Of a DNA stretch of 64,000 nt, positions 1 to 11,786 are shown piece by piece. A program made the translations under genes and the position numbers. The number at the start of each line of letters is the position of its first letter. The stretch's first letter is position 1. The stretch comes from Octopus sinensis. Its lineage: Eukaryota. Location of the stretch: the NCBI RefSeq assembly GCF_006345805.1, contig NW_021833073.1:1-64000 (forward strand), in the 5' to 3' direction. Under the pieces are notes generated by a model. The model searched no databases, was not told the DNA's origin, and was given only the letters and a program-made list of their open reading frames with translations.

Positions 1-46
1 ATGTGTAACAACATCTGATGGTCTGGTCGGTCACGTGATCACGTGA
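1..46 (+). mobile_element. 3' end of a tRNA-derived SINE (family C)
   Basis: Nearly identical to 57331-57375 (atgtgtaacaacatctga..gtctggtcggtcacgtgatcacgtga), the end of a full-length copy; followed by (TA)n. Confidence 0.8.
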
Positions 47-132
47 TATATGCATATATGTGTATATGAGTATATTATGTATGTATGTATGTATGTATGT
101 GGTGTATATATATATATATGTGTATATATATA

Positions 133-204
<72 letters not shown>

Positions 205-473
205 TATATAGGTGAGAAAGTTGGTGTGTGAAAGCACGTGGTTCATATATAGAAAATAGTAAAGAGTGAAAAAACTACAGAAGGCTTGTTTTATAAGGTT
301 GAAGAATATATTTGAGTCATTATGTTAGAAGAATGTTATAAATTTTTTTCATACAATAAAATAGTTTTTTGACGAAATTACCGGTTTCGTGTTAACTTTT
401 CAAATTTCTCAAATTTATATATAGAGAGAGAAAGAGAGATATACACTCATATATATATATATATATAAGTGTA

Positions 474-530
<57 letters not shown>

Positions 531-666
531 AATAATATATATATATATATATTATATATATATATATTAATACATATATTATATATATATATATACATAT
601 ATATATACACATAAATAATTATATATACATAATATATATAAAATTATCTCCAACAAAACCAAAGCA

Positions 667-1257
667 ATAAACTTTTTGTGGAGAATGGCGATTTGACGTC
701 TATATCTAACATGTTGACTGTCCACTTTTCGTGTGCAGTCCTTAATTGGTATATATAAAATATTTTAATCTTCGGATTCTTTCTTAATATGCTAGACCAC
801 TGGTTCTAATTGATAAATATCAATTTTACCCTAATTTAATTTTATAAATATTTGTTCTCTAACCGATAAATTAACTGCTGCTAACTATTAGCTGCAGGCT
901 AGTTTTCTCGGGTTTCATCGCGCCAAAAGTAAAAACATTTGAAATATATATTTCAAATGTAATAGGCCGGACTCCATGCACGCGATATTTTGGTGTCGAG
1001 CTGGCATTTAGTCCAGCAAATTACATTTTATATGGGACCACGCTGATGATGCTGCACTTTTCCTTGCGGAAAATAACAGCCGAAACTGAATTTAGTACAT
1101 GGGTAAATATTTATTTCGTATATTTTTCACTTGTTTATTGCTTTGGTTTTGTTGAGTTTGATCTGAGAACATAAACTTTTTGTGGAGAATGGCGATTTGA
1201 CGTCTATATCTAGCATGTTGACTGTCCACTTTTCGTGTGCAGTCCTTAATTGGTATA
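667..1257 (+). repeat. 87-bp direct repeats (667-753 and 1171-1257, period 504 bp) bracketing a hammerhead ribozyme; PLE pseudo-LTR or retrozyme-like unit
   Basis: ataaactttttgtggagaatggcgatttgacgtc...cttaattggtata occurs twice; the unit sits between (TA)n tracts. Confidence 0.8.
1038..1102 (+). ncRNA. Type I minimal hammerhead ribozyme
   Basis: ccacg CTGATGA tGCTG...CAGCc GAAAC tg AATT ta GTA catgg. Stem II GCTG/CAGC; stem III ACTG/TAGT with palindromic AATT loop; GUA triplet; stem I has one mismatch. Confidence 0.7.
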
Positions 1258-1259
1258 CA

Positions 1260-1511
1260 TAAATATATATATATATATTATATATATATATAATATATTA
1301 TAGATATATATATATACATAAATATATATATAATATTATATTATAAATACATAAATATATATATACATAATATATATATATATATATTATATACATAAAT
1401 ATATATTATATATACATAAATATATATATATTATATATACATAAATATATATTATATATACATAAATATAATATAATATATATATATATATATACTATAT
1501 ACTTATATATA

Positions 1512-1544
<33 letters not shown>

Positions 1545-1740
1545 CATAAATATATATATATATATAATATATAACATAATATATATATATATAACTATAT
1601 ATATACATAAATAATATATATAAATACATATAGAGATATATATATATATATATACATAAATATATATATATATATATAAATAAACCTACATAATATATAT
1701 ATATATAATATATAATATACATAATATATAGATATATATA
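1260..1740. repeat. Complex (TA)n/ATACATAA microsatellite
   Basis: Seen directly; the I/Y-rich ORFs here are artefacts. Confidence 0.95.
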
Positions 1741-1925
1741 CTACAAAAATTAGAGAATGGAGAAACATACTTAAATCAATAAAACATCAACTATCCGATG
1801 ATCCCACAATACTTTTAATACACCATTACATATGAGTAACGCATTATACAACTGAGATATACAGTACTAGTAAAAAGATAAAGGATATAAGTAAAAAATT
1901 TCAAATATAATATGCAATTAAATGA

Positions 1926-2036
1926 AAACTGACAGCTGTTTCGGCAGTGAGGGCAGTCCTACCTCATTTAACCTCTAAGCCATAAGGCAGGTATAAATGA
2001 GGCATTAACAAGGATGCCCCACGGCTCTTCAGAGAA
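1926..2036 (-). ncRNA. Type I hammerhead ribozyme with long stem II, in the 3' region of PLE1
   Basis: Minus strand: ttct CTGAAGA gccgtggggcatcctt...cctcattta...taaatgagg...aggactgccctcactgcc GAAAC AGCT GTC ag. Palindromic AGCT loop, GUC triplet, about 85-nt stem II hairpin; stem I is short. Confidence 0.8.
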
Positions 2037-3688
2037 TTAATTAAATTGTTATAATTGTGAAAAATATTATATAACCATATACATATAAATATAAAATATA
2101 AAAATGTAAAATATAAAACTTATACATCATAATGCTACACTTATATAATATAATACTCATTGGTACAATAAAGGAAGGTAACAGAACAAAATAAAACAAA
2201 ATATATATCAGTGTATATATTAATATTAATAAGTACCGATATTATACTATTTGGCTAATAGTTTTTTAAAAAAACTAACACATAGGAGATGAAAAATAAT
2301 AATTAAAACCATGGTTCAGTTCATAAATTCTAAAGCTATGAAAGTTAATAAAAATTACTATTAATATTAATATAATAATATATAATTAATAATAATAATA
2401 AAAAAAAAAAATAATAATAAATATAATAGATACAGTTAAGTTTGCACCAAGTCCATCCTTCAAGATCGAAATAACTATGAGTTAGAAATGCTGACCACTA
2501 GGTAAAGAAAATTTAGATTAATTCGATTGGCTATTGTTGAAATTTAAATCACAAAAAAATTATACGGTTGGTTAGTCAAGGAACGCCAATATTCACACAC
2601 GCATCTACAGATCAATCGCACATACACACATAGTTATATTATATACATACACTTATACACATACATAATCACAAGCAACAACTAGCACATAGATAAACAA
2701 AAAGGGAAGCAACTATGCTACCATTTAGTCCTTCAAAATTATAACTGTGCCTCAAATAACGAAAAAGAACCACCCCATGCATTTCATAAAATATTTAATT
2801 TAGATATAAATATTTTTTAAATATCAGTATGTTACTAAGTCAGATAATTATTTCATGGGTACTTAAAATTTATAACACCGTTTGTTGCATAGTAAACATA
2901 CGGTTGTTAGATTATCGTAAGTTTGTTATGATTCCAAGTACGCTAAATTATAAAATATAAAATATATATTAATTTATATATTATAAATAAATCACTTATT
3001 TACTTAATAAATTTAATGCCATAATATACCATTTAGGCATTAAAAAATAGAAGGGGAAGTACTAATGTAAACGCTTATGAGAACATCACAGAAATTTTTA
3101 AAAATTTATATTATAAATACTTAAGATAAAATGTGATAATAAATAAGAAGGAAAATACGAAGGAATCAATACGGTTATACACATATTATAAGTACAAACG
3201 CAGTATATATGTATTCATATATTATTAAAATTAAATAAAATAAATGATAGATATGTAGTATAAAACTACCCTAGTATAAGTAAATAAGTAAAAAATAAAT
3301 AGATAACAAATTAGATTACTTGATATGTATGTAAACATCTACACTTAAAGAGGCAAATAAATAAATATTAGAAGACTAAATGCAGAGATTGATAACATTA
3401 ACAATAAAATAAATAAAAAATAAATAAAGTGAATATATATGTTATATTGTTTGAAAGTCAATATGTATGGAAGGATAATTTAAAGTACAGATCCAGAGGA
3501 CTATAGATAACTAAATATATAAGGCTGGTAATATTTATAAAGCCAAATGTATGTAATGAGAAAATGAAAAAATGAAAGAGGTTTATTAGTAAATAGCATA
3601 AGATACAAATTAGGTGAGTACAAAGAAGACCAAATATACAATAAAAACCTTCCAAATAAACATACAAAAAACCTATATATTATAAGTG

Positions 3689-6043
3689 TCAATTGTTATC
3701 ATCATCCAAACCCAAAATCAACGAATGAGTTAATTTCACATTATCGGCTATATTCCTATCACTAGTACTAGTATTGGTAGTAGTAGTATGATCTATTACA
3801 TTTATATTATCTCTGACAGGTACGGTGCACTCATTATTAGTAAGGGGGTTGTTCACATTCGTTCCAAGAAAGTTTCTGTTCCTATTATTATTAAAGAGGG
3901 GCAAATTTCCTGGTCTAAATTCAATTTTCTATCCTTATAGAAGTGATCCAGTTTCCTGTTATTAAAAGAGGAGATATGGTGGCTAGATTTGAGTAATGCT
4001 ATATCCCACTCTAACAGTACTGCTGTTAATTAAAGGACTAAATTTATTCTTATCCTTACCAAAATGCCTAAAATAACATTATGCAAAGCTCTCACTATGT
4101 TTTGTTTTAATCTGCATTGCATATGGGATAATCAACCATAGTGTATCCTTATCAGAATTAGGATTGCCTATAGAATTATTGTTATTTGTAAAAATCCTAT
4201 TCCTAGACCAATCCATAGGATTACTATTCTTACCACTGTCATTGTTATATCTATCTATATCAATATTCCCATGGTTATTGCGCAAGTAAACTTTACCATT
4301 ATCATGTCTACCATAAGTTTTAATTTGTATATTATTATTAATATTACTACTATTACCCGTATGCTCAGATCTATTTGAGCTACCGTTCACCTTCCGAGGT
4401 TAACATCACTTCTACATTTATATAGGTGTTATCATATATTCTATTTTTACTATTCTTATGTATATTTTTTTTATCCTAAATCTATGGTGTTGTTCCTGAT
4501 AGTTCTACTCCATTAGGAGGGTTCCCTTAGGTAACCATATCTTACTTTTGTATCCTGCCTTAAGCAATGCTGCATTGTATCTATCACAATGCTTGTTAAA
4601 AATTTCCTCGTTAGAGGATAAACTAGAAATTCTCTGACTAATGCTACGCACTAGTGCATTTTTAATTTGAGGGGGGTGATTACTTGAACGGTTAATATAT
4701 ATTAGGTTAGAATTAGGTTAATATAGGGTTCATGTAAACCATTAGTAATGTTACAATAACATCTAAATAATTAGCAGAGTAATTTCACTTTCAATGATAA
4801 TGGATAGGCCGAAACTTTTAAAAAATTATTTATTCTTTTTTTCAGAAGATCTAATCTCCTATTTGATGTATTCTTAACACAAAATAAGCGTCATCCCTGT
4901 ATAATCCACCTTTTAATTCAGGGAATTCCCTACTAAAGTTTCTCTAATAGATACATCCCAACTAGATCAGTCACCTCCGCCGAGTCCGGCGATCCCATTG
5001 TGATATCGAACAAGTTGGGTGTGTCCTTTCTAGCCCAAAGTTTATTATCAAACTCTATTAAAGTTTTCCTGGCTGTTAGTATAAACCTTAATCTCCCCCA
5101 TACTTAATTTAGTGTATTTCTAGCAAAAATTAAGGACTTATTTAATATATAGGGTTAATGAAGTGTAATAATTCTGTATATCAAATTGGATAAATTTATT
5201 TCTATATAGCTAAAGTTGTTACTGTCACAGACCTTAATGGCAGAAAACCAATCCAAAGCACCCTGAGTATTCTTCCAAAGGTTTAGTTTGATTTTATTGC
5301 GGATGGTGGGTAGATATTTGTCTAGAATGAGTTTGCTTAGTCTGCCTAAGTCAGATTTAGTGGGGCAAATTAATCTGACCTGTGTGTTTCCAAGAAAATT
5401 CTCTTTATGATCCTTTAGTGTAATTCTCGGTCTAGATGGGGTGTAGGGTTCCGTTTTTTCTTCTAGGTAGTAGTCAAATATGATTCTCTGATCTCCAGGT
5501 TCAGTTTTCTAAGTGTACTAGAAGGTACTACTTTGTATTTCTTGGTTTTTTTCTTTGTGTAGAAGATCATGATATGCAGGAATGTCAATATTATAGATGT
5601 TGCGGTTTTGTCAGAATGTGTTAGAATGCCGCTCTTACCTTTGAGAGTTCTAATTAAATCTTCAATTCCCTTTGGTGCGGGTTATATCTTAAAGGATGAT
5701 TTCTAAATTTTATGTTTTTTATAGTCTCCCATAGTTCTTGTTCAAAATTGTCTAGATGTATATTTGGTGGAGGAGACTTCCTAGATTTAAATGTAGTGCC
5801 TGTTAGTTTTAATATTTCTTCATAGGTACTTCCAATTCCATTACGGATCGTTTCCCCAGTGGGTTGTTGGTTTATTTTTTTATTATAGTTCTCATGGTGG
5901 AAAATCCTCCATCTGATCCTGTGGATGAATTCATTAATTCTATAAATTAGTTCTTTAGTGTAATGGTCTTTGGTAGGGATAGGTACATCCTTCATTGATG
6001 AATTGATCAGTATTTTCTCCATTCTTCTAGCAGTAATGATCAA
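3689..6043 (-). pseudogene. PLE1 reverse transcriptase ORF, broken by frameshifts and stops
   Basis: ORF-track pieces 5654-6043, 4079-4390 and 3689-3904, plus RT motifs read by hand. Confidence 0.8.
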
Positions 6044-6266
6044 AGGAACAAATATACTACACTAGGGTGTATTCACATGCACTATTAATATTTAAATCAA
6101 TAAATGGATGCTTCTATACACCACTATGAGCAATCAGGTTCCTCAAAAGATAAATTTAGATTATAAAATGAGATAGGGGTTGAAAATTCAACCCACCATG
6201 GGATAATATATATCCAATATACTGCCAGATAGGTACCCAACAAGATTAATACATAGATGTTAAAAA

Positions 6267-6379
6267 TTGTCAAACAATCAGTTCATATATATATATATAT
6301 ACATAAATATATACATAAATATATATATATATATATACATAAATATATACATAAATATATATATATATATATATACAAA

Positions 6380-6426
<47 letters not shown>

Positions 6427-6686
6427 AATATATACACACATATATATATATATATATATATACATAAATATATACATATATATATATTACATAAATATAT
6501 ACATATATATATAATATATACATAAATATATACATATATATATATATATATAAATATATATATACATAAATATATACATATATATATATTATATATATAT
6601 ATACATAAATATATACATATATATATATATAAATATATATATATACATAAATATATACATATATATATATATACATAAATATATAC

Positions 6687-6723
<37 letters not shown>

Positions 6724-6852
6724 CATAAATATATACATATAATATTATATATATATACATAAATATATACATATATATTATATATATACATAAATATACA
6801 TATATATATATATATACATAAATATATACATATAATATATATATATACATAA

Positions 6853-6883
<31 letters not shown>

Positions 6884-6927
6884 CATAAATATATATATAT
6901 ATATTATATATATATGTATATACATAA

Positions 6928-6958
<31 letters not shown>

Positions 6959-7220
6959 CACATAAATATATACATATATATATATATATCTATACATATA
7001 TACATATATATATACATATATAATATATATATACATATATATACATATATATATATATTATATAATATATATACATAATATATATATATATACTATATAT
7101 ATACATATATCTATATATATATATATTATATATACATATATATATTATATATATATATTATATAATATATATACATAATATATATATATATAGATATATA
7201 TATATATATATATATAATGA
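6267..7220. repeat. About 950-bp (TA)n-based minisatellite (TATATACATAAA / TATATACATA units)
   Basis: Seen directly. Confidence 0.95.
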
Positions 7221-7724
7221 TATAGTTTTTACCATTAATATTAAGAAATGAAAGCCAAATTATGAATTTTATCACTTTTACAACATTCGAAATTATTTCA
7301 ACGAAAAGGTTCGTGAAGAACAAAGGATTAGGAAAGTAATTTTTCTTAGTAAATCTATTATTCTATCAACTTCATAATTAAAATGTCAGTCTCTGATCCC
7401 GGTATGTGATCTGCACTGCTACTTTCTCCTGTTGTACTTGAACTTAGCGAAATCGTTCTTAGAACCAGACTTCGTCGCTTAACAGGAGAATGGTAGCAAG
7501 TTTAGAATGGACCAGCTGCTTGAATCACTGCCACATATCACCGAATAAATTTTAAAGTACATGAAAAATATTATAATGAAATGAAATAACACATTTACAC
7601 AATAGAAGTGAACAAGGAAAATTAGCAATATTAAAGTTACATACACACACACGCACACACATACGCAGACTCACACATAATATTAGGGGAAGTAGAGTGG
7701 AAGAAGGTTTGGAAAAGTGAAATT

Positions 7725-8561
7725 TTACTTGTGAAATTTTAATTTCTTTGTTAACATGTTTAATATGCAAGGAACTTGCTTCCATTTTCCCGTTTTCTTT
7801 TTTTTCTTAGTATATTTCTCATATTCATAGGCAACTCTACGATTTACTGAAAGCATTAATCGTTGCAGTTCAAGTCGGTCTCCGTCTTTTTCCAAAATGT
7901 GGGCTAATGACTGAATAAACCACGATCCAATAGTAGAATTTTCCCAGGAGTAAAATCCAGGGATAGTGGAATAAGCCAGAAGCACGTCTGCCCAAAGTGG
8001 TAGTTTTTCACTGTTTTGTATTCCTTTTCCTGGACAATCTGGTTTATCTTCAGGAAAAAGAGCGGCTTGTACGAAGAATAGTTTTGGCTTTCCCATTAAA
8101 CTTTGACACCTATCAGGAAGTAGCATTTGCATTAAGCTGCCTAGTTTTACTTTGCCATCAGTACCATGAATCACGTTATCGTCACCACCGTGAGTCAATA
8201 TAACACAAACGAAGCAGTTATAGTTCTCATAGTTCATTTTGGATAGATGCTCAAACTTCTCCTCCATCTCTTTCACAGACAAATTCTTGTGGTCACTCAC
8301 ATCAAAATGCAATGATTCCAATGCCTTTTTAATTGCTGATGCATCTCTGTCGGATCCTTGTCTTTCGTGTATTTTATCATTTTCGAAGTTTTGATTGTTA
8401 ATTATTAAAGCATAATTTTTACCACCATCCATTTTGTATGTGTTATTCGAATCGATAGTTATACTGCGATGTGTCTCGTCATCATTCGAAATGTTTATAT
8501 CGCTTGTTAGCTTCTCAATAGGTGAACTTGCTTCATTACTTATGTAGTCTGGGTAGTCCAT
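7725..8561 (-). CDS. Caspase-3/7-like protein (peptidase C14), uninterrupted ORF, catalytic Cys motif missing (probable pseudoenzyme or pseudogene)
   Basis: GKNYALIINNQNF, R.GSDRDA, CFVCVILTHG (catalytic His), GKPKLFFVQA, ADVLLAYSTIPG, GSWFIQ and C-terminal MLTKKLKF. QACRG reads QAALF; SWRN reads SWEN. Confidence 0.85.
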   Translation of the reverse strand: MDYPDYISNEASSPIEKLTSDINISNDDETHRSITIDSNNTYKMDGGKNYALIINNQNFENDKIHERQGSDRDASAIKKALESLHFDVSDHKNLSVKEMEEKFEHLSKMNYENYNCFVCVILTHGGDDNVIHGTDGKVKLGSLMQMLLPDRCQSLMGKPKLFFVQAALFPEDKPDCPGKGIQNSEKLPLWADVLLAYSTIPGFYSWENSTIGSWFIQSLAHILEKDGDRLELQRLMLSVNRRVAYEYEKYTKKKKKTGKWKQVPCILNMLTKKLKFHK

Positions 8562-9507
8562 AGTTGATCGGGATATGTACGAAGGTGCAGAAATGAATCA
8601 AGGAAATAACGAAGCGTGGATTGTTATGAAAGTTGAATTTCACAGCAGTTAAGGAAAGGGAAACGACGATATATTAGCGCCGTTCTCGTCATTGTCCAGC
8701 ACAGGAATAAAAGTGAAATTGAAATAACTATAAATATCAAGATGGTGTGAATAACGTAAAGGATTATTCAATAGATATCAATAAAAATAGGTTTAAAATA
8801 GACATTCCACTAAAATTGTATGCGATACAACAGTCGTTAATCAACGCAAGACTACGTTTCAGTTCAATTTTACATGCTATCTGAATATATACGGAAGATA
8901 TATTATGCTTTATTAACAACCGGTTATTATTGGCTACCAACGAATCAATGTTAAGCTTACTACGTTTAGCTCAGTAAATGGGGTAAGCAAGTTTTCTATG
9001 CAGCTTAATGCACACAGGTCACCCATTAGCGCTACTAGTAACATGTAACTCAATACAACCTGTCACATGGTCGGATCGTCGGCGACTAAACCGACAACCC
9101 TATGGGACGAAATATGAGACACGTCAAAGGGAGGAGAAACTACAGTGTAGTCAACGGCCAATTCAACAATGTGTGATTGTGATCGTGTGTGAATGTGTGT
9201 GTGTGTGTGTGTGTGTGTGTGTTGTGTTTTATATATTGTATAACACTTTATATTTTTATGTGCTTCTACATCCCTGAATTTATTTTATTCTGTTATCTCT
9301 ATTTTATCTTCATCTTTCTATCTGTAATTGGGGTACACCCCACATGGCGTAACATCCATGCCCTGCATTGCTGAAATGGAGTTCTTCAGCTTCGCTGCTG
9401 TGTTTTTGGATATTTTTGCTTACTACTTGTGATTATTTTCACCACTCTGTTCTATTTTATTTTTGTTTACTTGCCTGTTGCATTTTATTTTTTGTATTTG
9501 AAAGTAT

Positions 9508-10380
9508 GGCTGCAGCTAAATCATATAGCCTCTGCAATTTGATGGATACAATTAAAACTGAGGAGCATGCGGCAGCCTACTTCGCAGAGAAGGCTACTAT
9601 ACCATCGGTTAAAAAGTGTAAAAATGGACACTTGATGAAAAAATATGTAGTCCGAGGGATCCTTTACTGGCGGTACTCTCGAAAGGCTGCAACGAGACTG
9701 TATCCGCCAGAAAAGGTACATGGCTGGAAGGTAGCACACTTCTGCAGACTGTCATATTTTTTTTGTACTCTTGGTTCAAGGAACTGACTACTGTCCGTTA
9801 TTGTGTAGAAGAACTGCGAATGAGCCACACTACAGCTATGTCCAAGAAGTATGTGCACAGGACATACTCATCACCCAGCTCAAAAAGGTGATCCTGGAAA
9901 GATTGTCGAAATAAACGAGACAGTTTTCTCAAGGAGAAAGTATAATCGCGGAAAGGTACTACCTCACCAATGGGTTTTCGGAGGAGTGTGTCGCGAGACC
10001 AGATAAATTTTCCTTTATGCAGTACCATGTTGGAATCGCAACACACCAGAAGAATGCATCCGCCTTTCGATTCTCCCGGGAACCACGATATTTAGCGACC
10101 TATGGAAAGCCTACTCACACATTCCAGAGATTGAGAGGTATAGTTTTCGACATAGAACGGTGAACCACAGCGTCGAGTTTGTTAACTCCAAAGCTGGAAC
10201 ACACACGCAACAAGTGGAGAGCACTTGGGTGTGTGGGAAATGGGTTAACAAGCGACGGTGTGGTACACAGTTCTATTATTTACTCCTACCTCTGCGAATT
10301 TGTGCGGCGCAGAAGATACGAAAAGTGCGATCTTTTCAAAAATTATTACAATGCATTGCAAGATTTTCAAATCTTGATTA
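9508..10380 (+). pseudogene. Merlin / IS1595 (ISXO2-like) DDE transposase remnant
   Basis: Read across frames: C..GH.M zinc-ribbon region, IVEINETVFSRRKYNRGK...WVFGG, TTIFSDLWKAY, H.TVNHS..FV....THTQQVESTW. First Asp reads Asn; frameshifts present; TIRs not found. Confidence 0.85.
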
Positions 10381-10519
10381 AATGCATTCGTGTATGTATG
10401 TTTTTTTTATGTATCTTTTCCTATTTATTTTCTGGCGTTTGCCTGATTTTTTTCTTCTTTTTCATTTGCTTATTGCCAATTATTACACCAGCCACTTTTG
10501 TTTTTTCTATACTTCTCTG

Positions 10520-10750
10520 CTTGCACTGTGTACTGCCATGAAATCTTACAGTGCACTTCAAAGTGTAATATCCTGCATTAAAATTCATTTAATCTCTGCT
10601 TGTATCTTTCCATGTATCCCCGTTTTTGGATGTGTTATACTTACCTGGTTATTTTCTTATAATGTACCTCTTCCCGAACTGTGTATCTATTGCCATGAAA
10701 TCTTACAGCACATTTCAAAGTGTAATATCTTGCATTGAAATTGATTTAAT
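10520..10750 (+). repeat. Imperfect direct repeat, about 65 bp, period about 160 bp
   Basis: tgccatgaaatcttacag..caaagtgtaatatc.tgcatt.aaatt.atttaatct occurs twice. Confidence 0.7.
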
Positions 10751-11786
10751 CTTTATCCGTTTGTATTGTTTTTCCTTTTGTTTACATTGTGTACATGCCA
10801 CGTTATGGATTAGGTTAGGGTTAGAATTAGGGTTAGATAGCATGCTAAAGTGTAAATAGCCACGTATACTGTATGCTAAAGAGGCATTAATTGAAACGGA
10901 TTACCTATCAGAAATTTAGTCATAAAATGGTTAGCAACGTCAACACACTTCCCTTCACACTTCTCTGTTTCTGAGGGCAATAAAATAAAATACTAGATAA
11001 GTAAGTACTGAGTCAATAGACCTGACTAATTGTGTCCTACTATAAAATTTCTTGCTTTGTGCCTTTGTTAGAAATTGTAATTAGTACTATTATTTAGTGC
11101 GAGCAAAAGAAAAAATGGTGTTCAGAGAACATCTGCTGGCTTTCCCAAACTGTTAATGTGAATGCAGAGAAATTTTTTTTTTTTTTTGCAACTTTTGTAA
11201 ATTAATGTCTGAAGAAAAATATATTCCTTGTAGAGGTTGCCATTCTGGAGAGAAATGATTGAATAAAATATTTAGCATAAGGTTTGAGCTGTGAGATATG
11301 CTAAAGAGGATGATGTGGGCTCAGTTTGATATAGTATACAGCTTATTAATTCACAGAAATAGAAGAGGCTGTTTTTTTTTAGTTTTTTTTCTGTTTTATT
11401 TGAACAATTTGGCTGGACCAAGGGGCTGTATCCTTGGCTTTTGCATTCCTTCTGAGATGAAAGGCTTTGCCTAATATCTTTGCAGGCTACTCAAAACTGG
11501 TAAGATTGACACAGTTGATCTTGAATAATATATTGGTAACTGCAGAAGAAAAAACATGGGCAAGGGAATTTCATAAGGCTAACAATCTGGTGAAAAAAGA
11601 TTTAATGCTTGGTTTGCAGGTGAAATACAAACTATGTGAGCTTCGAACCTCTCGTCGCTAGATGCTGTAACGTGGTTTGTATCCAATATAGTAGTAGCAC
11701 CACTATTGGGATAATGGCATACGATACACGGTACCAGTGTGATACAATAACAAGATAATGCAGTACCAATAACAACGTAACAATCT

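Larger units (their letters stand above)
1740..6260 (-). mobile_element. Penelope-like retroelement PLE1, degenerate; no GIY-YIG domain found
   Basis: N-terminus SSMKDVPIPTKDHY...RIRWRIF (5654-6043). RT motifs FDITMGSPDSAEVTDLVG and GGLYRDD (YRDD at 4890-4901). Asn-rich segments at 4079-4390 and 3689-3904. Homologous to 59926-62400. Confidence 0.85.

Noticed and set aside
415-7323. Many I/Y/M-rich ORFs, and similar H/T, L/S and poly-N/I ORFs elsewhere in the window
   Set aside because: They are translations of (TA)n, (CA)n, (GATA)n and (TAA)n microsatellites.
7550-7724. Retrocopy hallmarks for the caspase
   Set aside because: No poly(A) tract or flanking TSD was found, so a retrogene origin is not supported from this sequence alone.
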